DNA of 64,000 bases from Gemmatimonadaceae bacterium (GTDB lineage: Bacteria > Gemmatimonadota > Gemmatimonadetes > Gemmatimonadales > Gemmatimonadaceae): the NCBI GenBank assembly GCA_051859245.1, contig JBHYGA010000007.1:1-64000 (forward strand), given 5' to 3'. The notes beneath the pieces are model-generated. The model worked only from the letters and a program-made list of their open reading frames with translations, searched no databases and was not told where the DNA came from. How positions within the stretch are numbered: position 1 is the stretch's first letter; each line of letters begins with the position of its first letter. Both the position numbers and the translations under genes were made by a program. Positions 1-8,920 of the stretch are shown piece by piece.

Positions 1-140
1 CGCCCGCCCGGCGCTGGCCGACCGATAGCGCGCGGGACCGGCCCCCGCCCGACCTCGCAGGATAGCCCGCAGCAGAGCGCTGTCCGGGCCGGGTCGGGGT
101 AGGCTCGGCGGCGCTTCTGCCGGCCAGCGCCGGGCGGGCG
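1..140. repeat. GC-rich long nested inverted repeat (rod hairpin), possibly cut by the window edge
   Basis: 1-20 is the exact reverse complement of 121-140; inner pairs 27-31/111-115, 48-54/92-98, 60-66/79-85. Confidence 0.7.
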
Positions 141-190
141 CCTCGCCCGCTCCCGGCGCGCCCGGCCGGCAGTGGCTGATCCGACCACAC

Positions 191-241
191 CAAAACGCAA
201 ACGGCCCGCGATCACACCGAGAGGTGCAATCGCGGGCCGTT
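191..241 (-). terminator. Intrinsic terminator downstream of rho
   Basis: aacggcccgcgat...atcgcgggccgtt stem (about 200-241), followed on the minus strand by a T-rich tail (tgcgttttgg), 17 nt past the rho stop. Confidence 0.75.
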
Positions 242-257
242 CACCAATGGCAACTCT

Positions 258-1952
258 CTATAGTCCGTCGAGCAACGAATCGTTGTTCTGCGTTCCGGCC
301 ACTCGCTTGATGAGCCACTCCATGCCCGCCTGCGGCGGCATTTGCGCCAGACCGCGACGCAGCAGATGCACTTTCTGCAACTGGTCCGGACGATAGAGTT
401 TTTCTTCGCGACGCGTACCGCTGACCGCGATATCGAACGCCGGATAGATGCGACGGTCGGCCAGACTGCGGTCGAGTTTGATTTCGCAGTTACCCGTGCC
501 TTTGAACTCTTCGAAGATCACGTCATCCATGCGTGAACCCGTTTCCACGAGCGCGGTCGCAATAATGGTGAGCGATCCGCCGCCGTGTTCGGGGGCGATC
601 ATGCGGGCCGAACCAAAGAACGCCTTTGGTTTTTGCATGGCGGAGGAATCAAGACCACCGGAGAGCGTACGACCGGTGCCGCGTTCCACCGTGTTGTGCG
701 CACGTGCAAGACGTGTGATGGAGTCGAGCACGATCACCACGTCCTTGCCCTGTTCTACCAGGCGACGTGAACGCTCGAGCACCATGTCCGCGACTTCAAC
801 GTGACGCTTGGCCGGCATGTCGAAGCTCGACGCCACAACCTCGCCGTAACCCCACGTGATCATCTCACTCACTTCTTCCGGGCGTTCGTCCACCAGCAGC
901 ACAAAAAGCGCGGCTTGCGGATGATTAATTGAGACGCCTTCGACAATGGCTTGCAGCAATGTGGTCTTGCCGGCGCGTGCCGGCGCCACGATCAATGCGC
1001 GCTGACCATATCCAATTGGAGCGATCAGGTCGATGGCGCGCCGCGTAAGCTCCGGACCAGTCTTGGCGGGCTGCCCCGTTTCGAGCGTGAGCTTGCGGTC
1101 AGGATAGCTCGCCGTGAGCGTGTTAAAGTCGGGGCGCTTGCCCTCAACGATGGGCGCGCCGTCGTTGAGCGAGGTGATCTCAATGAGCACCGCACGACCG
1201 CGATGATCACGACCCCACGTGGCCTCGATCTTGTCGCCGCGACGCAGCGCATGGTTGCGCACGAGATGCGGCTGCACAAACGGATCGGTGGGCTCAGGCA
1301 GGTAGCTGAACTGCGCGCGTCGCACAAAGCCGGCGTCACGCTGCAAGTCGAACCAACCGGTGACGGTCCCTTCGACGATGGACGGCGGCGCGACGTCCCT
1401 CGGCTCGCGCGGTTCACGCGGCTCGCGGTGTCCACGATGCTCGCGTGGGCCACGTTCCGGGCGATCGTTCGTGCGCTCCGGACGTTCTCCCGTGCGCTCT
1501 TTGCGGAAACGACCACGTCCGCGGCGCGTGTTGCGGCGCCCGCCTGGTCGACCATCGGGACGTCCTTCTGGGCGACCGTCCGGTCGGCCTTCGGGGCGAC
1601 CGTCCTGACGAAAATCGGGGCGACCGTTCTCACGGAACTCTGTGGATCCGGCGGGTGCGCCGTTTGATGCTGGGGGGCCGCTGTCTGGAGCGGAGGCTGG
1701 CGCGCTTCGTTCGAACGCGGCCGGCGGAGCGGGAGGTGGCGCGGATGGCGCAGGCGGTGCGGCCGACTCGGCGGCTGCAGGCGGGGCGCTCCGGGGAGCT
1801 TGACGCCGACGCGGCGCGGGTGCGTCAGCGATCGGACCGCTTGATTCAGGGCCGTCGCGATACGGATTCGGCTCACCGCCGACGTCCGGGGCCTGAGGAT
1901 CACGGGTCCGGGGCCGACGGCCACGGCGAGAAGGGCGCTTGGGTTCAGTCAT
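258..1952 (-). CDS. rho: Transcription termination factor Rho with long disordered N-terminus
   Basis: IDLIAPIGYGQR, APARAGKT P-loop, DERPEEV, LDSITRLARAHN, GGSLTIIATALVETGSRMDDVIFEEFKGTGN, SGTRREE. Confidence 0.97.
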   Translation of the reverse strand: MTEPKRPSRRGRRPRTRDPQAPDVGGEPNPYRDGPESSGPIADAPAPRRRQAPRSAPPAAAESAAPPAPSAPPPAPPAAFERSAPASAPDSGPPASNGAPAGSTEFRENGRPDFRQDGRPEGRPDGRPEGRPDGRPGGRRNTRRGRGRFRKERTGERPERTNDRPERGPREHRGHREPREPREPRDVAPPSIVEGTVTGWFDLQRDAGFVRRAQFSYLPEPTDPFVQPHLVRNHALRRGDKIEATWGRDHRGRAVLIEITSLNDGAPIVEGKRPDFNTLTASYPDRKLTLETGQPAKTGPELTRRAIDLIAPIGYGQRALIVAPARAGKTTLLQAIVEGVSINHPQAALFVLLVDERPEEVSEMITWGYGEVVASSFDMPAKRHVEVADMVLERSRRLVEQGKDVVIVLDSITRLARAHNTVERGTGRTLSGGLDSSAMQKPKAFFGSARMIAPEHGGGSLTIIATALVETGSRMDDVIFEEFKGTGNCEIKLDRSLADRRIYPAFDIAVSGTRREEKLYRPDQLQKVHLLRRGLAQMPPQAGMEWLIKRVAGTQNNDSLLDGL

Positions 1953-2358
1953 GCTGTACTGCGTGTGGCGTGGAGGACCGATGACACCGTCATCGGCCCG
2001 GGGTGCGGCGCGGGTGCGCCGAATCGTGCATGTCGCACGGAATCAGTCGAAAGCCTCGAGAGCTTCGCTCGCGTGGGGACTGGAACTGGAACTGGACTCG
2101 ACGGAAGAATTTGAAGCCGTCTTGCTCGGAAGAAAAACAGATCTTCCGTTGGGCAGGTGCCGGACTGTATGCACCGCCTGCGGGCCGGGACCTTCAAGGG
2201 CCGTGGCGTTATTCACTCTTGTACGCCGACAACGCACGGAATGTTGCAGCGTTCGGCAAATCGCGCAAGCACCAGAACGCGCCAAAACGTCACGATCATG
2301 ACGAATCGCGGGCAACCAGCGTCACCTGGTCGCCGTGCCCTCGCTACATTTGACCACC

Positions 2359-2952
2359 ATGATTGCCCCTCAAACTGATCTGCGTACCGCCCTCGCCAAT
2401 GCCGTTGCTGCCTATGAAGCATCGGGCAACATGGGCGTGCTGATGGACCACCTCTATCACCTGCGCGACACCGCCACCGCCGACGCCCTCGTGGCCGCGG
2501 TGGAGCCGTGGCGCGAAATGCCGGAAGTGGCCGGCCCTATCTATGAAAGAGTGGTCGCGGAGCAGCCCAAAAACGCGCGGGCGCTCGTTATTCTGGCCAA
2601 CGCCTACTGGCTCAGCGGACGCGGACCGGAGATTGTCGGCGAACTCGCCGATCGCGCCATTGCCGCCGACCCGAAAAATCGCGGCGCCTGGCACATGTGG
2701 GCGTTGACCGAGGGAAATCAGCGCGATCGCACGATTCGCTGGATCCAGGTCACCGAGCGCTTTCCGGAAGACCAGCTGGCGAAAGCCGCGCTCGCCGATA
2801 ACGCCGCGTCACTCGCCAGCGCCGAACAGGACAAGGAAGCCATGGCGCTGGCAATCCGCATGTATGAAGAACTGCTGGCGCTCGCCACCAGCGATCAACA
2901 GAAACAGGCGCTTGAAACGGCGCTGACCACCCTTCGCAAGTGGACGATGTGA
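2359..2952 (+). CDS. Hypothetical alpha-helical (TPR-like) protein
   Basis: Helical repeats such as YERVVAEQPKNARALVILANAY and ADRAIAADPKNRGAWHMWAL; ATG at 2359. Confidence 0.7.
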   Translation: MIAPQTDLRTALANAVAAYEASGNMGVLMDHLYHLRDTATADALVAAVEPWREMPEVAGPIYERVVAEQPKNARALVILANAYWLSGRGPEIVGELADRAIAADPKNRGAWHMWALTEGNQRDRTIRWIQVTERFPEDQLAKAALADNAASLASAEQDKEAMALAIRMYEELLALATSDQQKQALETALTTLRKWTM

Positions 2953-3344
2953 GCCCCGATCACGATCAACATACGCCGGCGCCGAGCGAGTCCGAAGCGT
3001 CATCCTCGCTGGCCGAGTTCCGCGCGTTTCGCGAGCGCATGAACAGCCGGATTCTTGGCGAAAACAATCTCGTCATCAATCGGTTTTTCGCGCTCGATGG
3101 GCGCGCGTACGAAAACGGAGCGCTCGATGTGAAGACCAAAGAACTGCTGGGTCTTGTTGCGTCACTCGTGCTGCGCTGCGACGATTGTATCACGTATCAC
3201 ATTGTGCGGTGCGCCGAAGAAGGTGTCACGCGCGATGAAGCGTTTGAAACGATGAGCATTGGACTCATCGTGGGCGGCTCCATTGTGATTCCACACTTGC
3301 GGCGCGCCGTGGACCGTTGGGACGAGCTCACGGCAGCGCGCTAG
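2949..3344 (+). CDS. Carboxymuconolactone decarboxylase / AhpD-like protein
   Basis: GALDVKTKELLGLVASLVLRCDDCITYH with CxxC; GTGA overlap with the upstream stop. Confidence 0.88.
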   Translation: MSPDHDQHTPAPSESEASSSLAEFRAFRERMNSRILGENNLVINRFFALDGRAYENGALDVKTKELLGLVASLVLRCDDCITYHIVRCAEEGVTRDEAFETMSIGLIVGGSIVIPHLRRAVDRWDELTAAR

Positions 3345-3350
3345 CGCGTA

Positions 3351-4463
3351 CTATTGCGGGGGCAGCGGTCCACTCACTGTGCTGTTGTCTCCATCGCTCA
3401 CGTAACGACCAGTCGGCCCCTCTTTCTCGAGCGCGCGTAGCGTCGGGAAGAGGGGCATGTTCTTGCCGAGCGGAATGCGCGGCAGTGAGCGCGGATTGAA
3501 CTTTGCGTCGTACGGACTGCGCGCTGGTCCACCCGCGACTTCGAACACCGCGTCGTAGTTGTACTTGGAGACGCGCTGCGTTTTCGGATCCGTCCAGGAA
3601 CCGGCCCACGCGAGCGGTCGATTTTTGGGCCACATTCCAAGCGGCAGCGCGAACCCGCGCACTTTGTAACCGCTGATCGCTGAATCAATGGCGAGTTCAC
3701 CGCGCGCAATCTGCTCCTGCACAAACGCGTCGGGATATTTGTCGAGACGCGCGTGCCAGAGGGTGTGATTGCACAGCTCAAACCCCATCGAATCGAGCTG
3801 ACGCAGCTTGGCAAAGCGCCATTCGCTCTTTTGTCCTTCGATTCCCTTGTTGCCAAAGAACGAACGCCCCGCTTCAGCGCCTGAGAGGAGGCAAAACGCA
3901 CCGCGATTGCGCCAATCGGGTTTGTCCTTGGCAAAGTCTAACCAGATGCCGAGTGCACTCGACGGATCGATTTCAAGCGCCCCGTTGCGTTCGATATACC
4001 GGAACTGGCTGGGTGACGCGTCATCAAAGATGAAGAGCACCGGCGAGTGGCCGCGCGCGAGTTCGATCTTCTTGTCGAGCATTTCGCCGAGCGCGATCGG
4101 ACGATAGCCGCGCGCATAAAGCGTATCCAGCTCGGCGCGGAACCGCTCGCGGCTCACTTTGTACGTGCCGTCTTCCGCTTCGACGAGGTGGTACTCCACA
4201 ATCGGAATGCGTCCGTACTCATTCGGCGTTCGGTTCGCGCTGGCCGAATCGTTGGCCACCGGAACGGCGGCGGCCACTGGCTGATCTGCACTGGGACGAA
4301 CCGTGTCACCGTTCGAAGCGTCCAAGCGTACGGGAGCCATAGAGTCCGTATTCGCTACCTGGGCTTCAGCGCGCGGGGGCTCGCCGCCGCCGCAACCGGT
4401 GAGCAAGAAAACGATCAGCGCCGCGCCTGCGGACTGCGAAGTACGTGCGACGAAACTCGGCAT
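3351..4463 (-). CDS. Polysaccharide deacetylase family lipoprotein
   Basis: Lipobox FLLTGC, IPIVEYH, FIFDDA, NHTLWH (NodB/CE4-type motifs). Confidence 0.8.
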   Translation of the reverse strand: MPSFVARTSQSAGAALIVFLLTGCGGGEPPRAEAQVANTDSMAPVRLDASNGDTVRPSADQPVAAAVPVANDSASANRTPNEYGRIPIVEYHLVEAEDGTYKVSRERFRAELDTLYARGYRPIALGEMLDKKIELARGHSPVLFIFDDASPSQFRYIERNGALEIDPSSALGIWLDFAKDKPDWRNRGAFCLLSGAEAGRSFFGNKGIEGQKSEWRFAKLRQLDSMGFELCNHTLWHARLDKYPDAFVQEQIARGELAIDSAISGYKVRGFALPLGMWPKNRPLAWAGSWTDPKTQRVSKYNYDAVFEVAGGPARSPYDAKFNPRSLPRIPLGKNMPLFPTLRALEKEGPTGRYVSDGDNSTVSGPLPPQ

Positions 4464-4485
4464 GGTAAACGGGGTCAAAAGCACA

Positions 4486-6804
4486 GTGACGGAACCTGAA
4501 GAGAAGGCTAGCGGCAATCAGCACGAGCGGGCAGGGGAAGCGAAGCGCAAGGCGCGTCGCTTTGCCAGTCGCTTTGTGCGCCGCGCCACAGTCGTGCTTG
4601 TGCGGGCTCGCCGTGATCGCCGTGTATGGGTGAGCACGGCCGTGCTCATTGGCCTCAGTGGCGCCACCGGTGCCACGTGGTACCAGAGCTGCGGTTTTGA
4701 TGGATGCCCCACGCCGGCGGAGATTCGTGAGTGGAGACCTCGGGCTGGCGATCGATTGCTGGCGCACGACGGGCAACTACTTGGCATGATCGATCCGGTG
4801 CGACGCGTGCCCGTGGCGTTGGACAAAGTGCCGGTGCCTGTTCGCGAGGCGTTCATTGCGGTCGAGGACAAGCGCTTTCGCGAGCACTCCGGCATTGACT
4901 ACCGCGGCGTGGCGCGTGCTGCGGTGAAAAACGTGCTGTCTGGTGGTGTGCGTGAAGGGGCGAGCACCATCACCATGCAGCTGGCGCGCAACGCATTCCT
5001 CACTGAGAACACCCGTGGCTGGCGTCGCAAAGCACTCGAAGTGCGGTTCACGGGATTGCTCGAAGGCGCGTTGAGCAAAGACGAAATTCTTGAGCGCTAT
5101 CTCAATACGATCTACTTCGGGAACGGCATGTGGGGTGTGGAAGCTGCGAGCCGTGATTTGCTGGGCAAGAGTATTTCGAAAGCAACGATTGCCGACGCCG
5201 CGTTGCTTGCTGGCCTGCCCAAGGCACCCTCCTCGTATTCGCCGCGTCGTGACACACAGCGCGCGCGTGCCCGTCGTGATGTCGTGCTTGGTGTGTTGGT
5301 CAACGCCGAGCTGATGTCGAGTGCCGAGGCTGAACGTGTGCGGTCGCGACCCGTGCGCGTGCCGTCGCGCGCGTGGCGTCCGGACATTCCGGCGCACACT
5401 TGGGCTGTAGATGTCGTTCGCGCCACGCTCGATTCGCTGGAGTCGGCGGGTGTGTTGTCGGCACTTGATCGTCAGCGTGATCTCGCCATTCAAACCACCA
5501 TCGATGTGCGCGCACAGCGTGCGGCCGAACGTGCGGTTGCGACCGGTGCGGCGCGCGTGGATGGTGCGCGTCGAGATGCACGCGTGCACAAAACGCAGGC
5601 CGCGTTGGTTGCGCTCGACCCGGGCACGGGTGCGGTGCGCGCCGTGGCCGGTGGCCGCGCCGTTGAACCACGCGGATTCAATCGTGCGTTTGCGGCCAGT
5701 CGACAAGTGGGTTCGACGTTCAAACCGTTTGTGTACGCGGCCGCCATCGCCGACGGATACACGGGCAATCGCATGCTGTCCGACGAACCGCTGAGCATTC
5801 GCACCGGTCGCACGGTGTGGACGCCCACCAACTACGGCGGCGATCAATACGGACGTATGACAATGCGTACCGCGCTCACGCGTTCGTCGAATCTTGCCAC
5901 GGTACGGTTGGCGCAAGACATCGGAAATGATCGCATCATCGAGACCGCACGGGCCAACGGCATCACGTCAACGCTGCCCGATGTGCCGTCGTTGTCGCTC
6001 GGCAGTGCATCGTTAACACCTGTGGAGCTCACGGCGGCGTACGCGCCGTTTGCCAATGGTGGCTGGCGTGTGGTGCCACACGTTGTCACGCGCATTGAAA
6101 CCGCGGACGGCGAACTGCTGTGGGAGCGTGCGCCAAGCACGCGTGATCGCGCCATGAGCATTGAAGACGCGTTCATTGTGACCAGCATGCTGCGTTCCGC
6201 TGTTGACTACGGTACGGGACGCGCGGTGCGCGAACTTGGTGTGGAAGGCCCGGTCGCTGGCAAAACGGGCACCACGAACGATGGCGCCGACGCGTGGTTC
6301 GTGGGCTACTCTCCTTCGCTGGTAACCGGTGTGTGGCTCGGCACCGATACGCCGCGCTCGCTTGGCGCGGCCGCATCGGGCGGGCGTTACGCCGCGCCGG
6401 TGTGGGCGCAGTTCATGCGCAACGGCTGGCGTTCGCCGGAGCGTGATCGTGCGTGGCCGGCGCCGCCGTCACTGGTGCCGCGCACCATTGATATGAACAC
6501 CGGCTTGCTCGCTGGCGACTGGTGTGGTGAGCCGCAACTCGAGTGGTTCAAGGTGGGCACGGAGCCCAAGGAATCATGCGACGGCGGCTGGTTTCGCTTC
6601 GCAGGTGCGCTCGACGAACTGCCGGGTGACGCAATTGACGCGGCCGTCGAAGCACTCGGCGATGCAATTGGCGAGGGCCAGATTCGTCAGTCGCTGCTTC
6701 GCCGCATCGGCGCCGAAATGAGGCGTCAGGTGCGTGAAGCACCGCGCCCTGAGCCAGCGCCTGCGCCGCGCGCTCCACGCCCACCATCGCGTCCGCGTCC
6801 CTGA
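4486..6804 (+). CDS. Class A penicillin-binding protein (PBP1A family); start uncertain (4462 or 4486)
   Basis: GT51 motifs EDKRF, GASTITMQLARN, KDEILERYLN; transpeptidase GSTFK, SSN, KTGT. Confidence 0.93.
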   Translation: MTEPEEKASGNQHERAGEAKRKARRFASRFVRRATVVLVRARRDRRVWVSTAVLIGLSGATGATWYQSCGFDGCPTPAEIREWRPRAGDRLLAHDGQLLGMIDPVRRVPVALDKVPVPVREAFIAVEDKRFREHSGIDYRGVARAAVKNVLSGGVREGASTITMQLARNAFLTENTRGWRRKALEVRFTGLLEGALSKDEILERYLNTIYFGNGMWGVEAASRDLLGKSISKATIADAALLAGLPKAPSSYSPRRDTQRARARRDVVLGVLVNAELMSSAEAERVRSRPVRVPSRAWRPDIPAHTWAVDVVRATLDSLESAGVLSALDRQRDLAIQTTIDVRAQRAAERAVATGAARVDGARRDARVHKTQAALVALDPGTGAVRAVAGGRAVEPRGFNRAFAASRQVGSTFKPFVYAAAIADGYTGNRMLSDEPLSIRTGRTVWTPTNYGGDQYGRMTMRTALTRSSNLATVRLAQDIGNDRIIETARANGITSTLPDVPSLSLGSASLTPVELTAAYAPFANGGWRVVPHVVTRIETADGELLWERAPSTRDRAMSIEDAFIVTSMLRSAVDYGTGRAVRELGVEGPVAGKTGTTNDGADAWFVGYSPSLVTGVWLGTDTPRSLGAAASGGRYAAPVWAQFMRNGWRSPERDRAWPAPPSLVPRTIDMNTGLLAGDWCGEPQLEWFKVGTEPKESCDGGWFRFAGALDELPGDAIDAAVEALGDAIGEGQIRQSLLRRIGAEMRRQVREAPRPEPAPAPRAPRPPSRPRP

Positions 6805-6820
6805 CACTCCGCAAAGTCTT

Positions 6821-6974
6821 TTGCTCTTCTTTGTGTCCTTCGTGCTTTCGTGTCCTTCCCGTCCGCAGTTCCCCCAGCATTAGGAGCATCTCGCGTTGAA
6901 GCGCGCGTGCTCCGGTCCGAGAGGGAACAGCGGCGGGAAGGACACGAAAGCACGAAGGACACGAAGAAGGGCAA
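6821..6974. repeat. 154-nt rod-like inverted repeat between convergent genes (REP/MITE-like or bidirectional terminator)
   Basis: 41-nt arms 6821-6861 and 6934-6974 with 2 mismatches; inner stems gttccc/gggaac and ggagca/tgctcc. Confidence 0.8.
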
Positions 6975-6992
6975 CAGATTTTTGGTTAAGAA

Positions 6993-7751
6993 TTACGCGT
7001 CTTTCGGGGTGAAGTGACCGAGGAAGACGCGCTCTTGTGAGGTGAGGCTGCTCTCGCCGTTTTGCTGGATTTTGGCGAGGATGCGCTGCACTTCGTCGCG
7101 ATTGACTTCGTGTACACGGTTAATGTCGACGCCGCGCCAGTTGCCGATGGCCACTTTGTTTGGTGGGGGACCAGCAACTTTGGCTTGCCACTTGGCCGAT
7201 GGTGCCTGCTTCTTGGCCCATGCAAGATAGAGGAACGCACCCACGTAGCCGCCGAGATGGGCGAAGTGTGCAACACCGCCGCCGCCGCGGAAGCCGCCAT
7301 AGAGTGTCATCACCGTCATGATGATCACGAGCACGCGCGCTTCAACCGGGATAATGCCCCAGATGTAAATGCGATCGCGCGGATAAAACATCGCAAATGC
7401 CAGCTGCACCCCGAACACGGCGCCTGAGGCGCCAACGATTGATGCGTACGGTGTGAAGAAGAGCGACAGCAAACCGCCGGTGATGCCGGCGATCAGATAC
7501 ATGCGAATGAAATGCGCGCCGCCGAGCCGCAACTCAACGCGCGGCCCGAAAATGAACAGGGCGAACATGTTGAACAGAATGTGCGTCAGCCCGAATGTGC
7601 TGTGCGCAAACATGTACGTGATAATGGTCCACGGACGCATGAGCAGCGCGGCCGGGACGAGAGCAAACAGTCGCGTGATTCCCGGTACCGACATCTGTAC
7701 GAGATACACCGCGATGTTCGCGAAAATCAGTCGTTTGACCCAGGGTGTCAT
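6993..7751 (-). CDS. Rhomboid family intramembrane serine protease
   Basis: PWTIITYMFAH, HILFNM, GASG (catalytic Ser), AHFAHLGG (catalytic His), multiple TM segments. Confidence 0.92.
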   Translation of the reverse strand: MTPWVKRLIFANIAVYLVQMSVPGITRLFALVPAALLMRPWTIITYMFAHSTFGLTHILFNMFALFIFGPRVELRLGGAHFIRMYLIAGITGGLLSLFFTPYASIVGASGAVFGVQLAFAMFYPRDRIYIWGIIPVEARVLVIIMTVMTLYGGFRGGGGVAHFAHLGGYVGAFLYLAWAKKQAPSAKWQAKVAGPPPNKVAIGNWRGVDINRVHEVNRDEVQRILAKIQQNGESSLTSQERVFLGHFTPKDA

Positions 7752-7785
7752 GCACGCATTCTAACCAAAATGCACGCCGCACGCC

Positions 7786-8910
7786 TCAGTTCGTGGCCAG
7801 CGCCGCCTTAATAAACGGGATGACCGCTTGCTGCATGCGCACACTGAATCCCGTACCTCGGCCGTCTACTTGTTCCATTGCGATGGTGGCGTAGTAGCGT
7901 GCGTCGCGGTCGAGCCAGGGGGTGAAGCCAAACGCGCCCGGTGAGGAGATCACGGCGCAGCCAGTGGCCGGCGTGTTGCACTCCAGCCAGGCGGACAAGC
8001 CGTATCGAAATGTTTGTCCCAGATTGACCGCCGGCGACGCACCAACGGTGACGGTCGGGTACGGTTCTCTCGCTTGCGCGAGGAGCAGTGCGGGTGCGCC
8101 GATGGTGACGCCATCGTAGCGCCCAAGTTGATACGCAAGTGCGAGCATGCGGGCGTAATCGCGTGCAGACGCACGCAGTCCGCCAGCAACCAGTGGATTC
8201 GCTTCGCCGATGCCTTGGTTAGGAAACGTGAAGTAGCGGACCCCAGCAGGTAGCGCGAGGGGATCCGCGATGCGCTCGCGAAAGAGCGTGTTCCATGATT
8301 TGCCGGTCACCACTTCGGCCATTCGCGCGGCCACGTGCAGGTGCGTGCTGCCGTAGTCGTAACGCGTGCCGGGTGCGGCGCGCATTGGCACGCTGGCAAT
8401 GGTCGCAACACACGCGCTCAGCGTGGTGAGCGGATTCAGCGTGCAACCATTCTCGTTGTCCAGCCCGGATGTAAACGACAGCAAGTGACGCAGTGTGATC
8501 GTGCCTTGAACGCCTGTCCAACCGAGGACAGAAGCGGTGGTGCTCTCCAGGGTGAGTTCACCGCGCGCCACAGCATCGAGCAGCACCAATCCCGAAATCA
8601 GCTTGGATGCGCTGGCAACGGCGACACGCTGATCAGGGGCGAACGTGCCGTATGTACGTTCGAACACACGCTCGTTCTGATTGTTGTAGACAGAGACCGT
8701 GAGATTACCCGTACCGCCAGCGGTCGCGATTTGCGCGCGAATTACACTGTCAACCGCAAGCCATCGATCAATTGGTGGCTCGGGCATGGGCGGCGAAATG
8801 GTGTCGGTGCTGGTGCACGCCGCGAATGCAGCGGCGCACACCAGCAGAACCAATCGTGCTGTTCGCGACGGTACACGGTTCCCGGCACGCGGTATGACAC
8901 AGTTGCTCAC
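7786..8910 (-). CDS. Serine hydrolase, beta-lactamase/AmpC-like lipoprotein
   Basis: VASASK (SxxK), ITLRHLLSFTSG, PGTRYDYGS, lipobox-like AAFAAC; GTG start at 8910 inferred. Confidence 0.82.
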   Translation of the reverse strand: MSNCVIPRAGNRVPSRTARLVLLVCAAAFAACTSTDTISPPMPEPPIDRWLAVDSVIRAQIATAGGTGNLTVSVYNNQNERVFERTYGTFAPDQRVAVASASKLISGLVLLDAVARGELTLESTTASVLGWTGVQGTITLRHLLSFTSGLDNENGCTLNPLTTLSACVATIASVPMRAAPGTRYDYGSTHLHVAARMAEVVTGKSWNTLFRERIADPLALPAGVRYFTFPNQGIGEANPLVAGGLRASARDYARMLALAYQLGRYDGVTIGAPALLLAQAREPYPTVTVGASPAVNLGQTFRYGLSAWLECNTPATGCAVISSPGAFGFTPWLDRDARYYATIAMEQVDGRGTGFSVRMQQAVIPFIKAALATN

Positions 8911-8920
8911 GAGCGCCGAA

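Noticed and set aside
1545..1625. Periodic repeats that might suggest a CRISPR array
   Set aside because: 12-nt in-frame coding repeats within rho; no spacers and no cas genes
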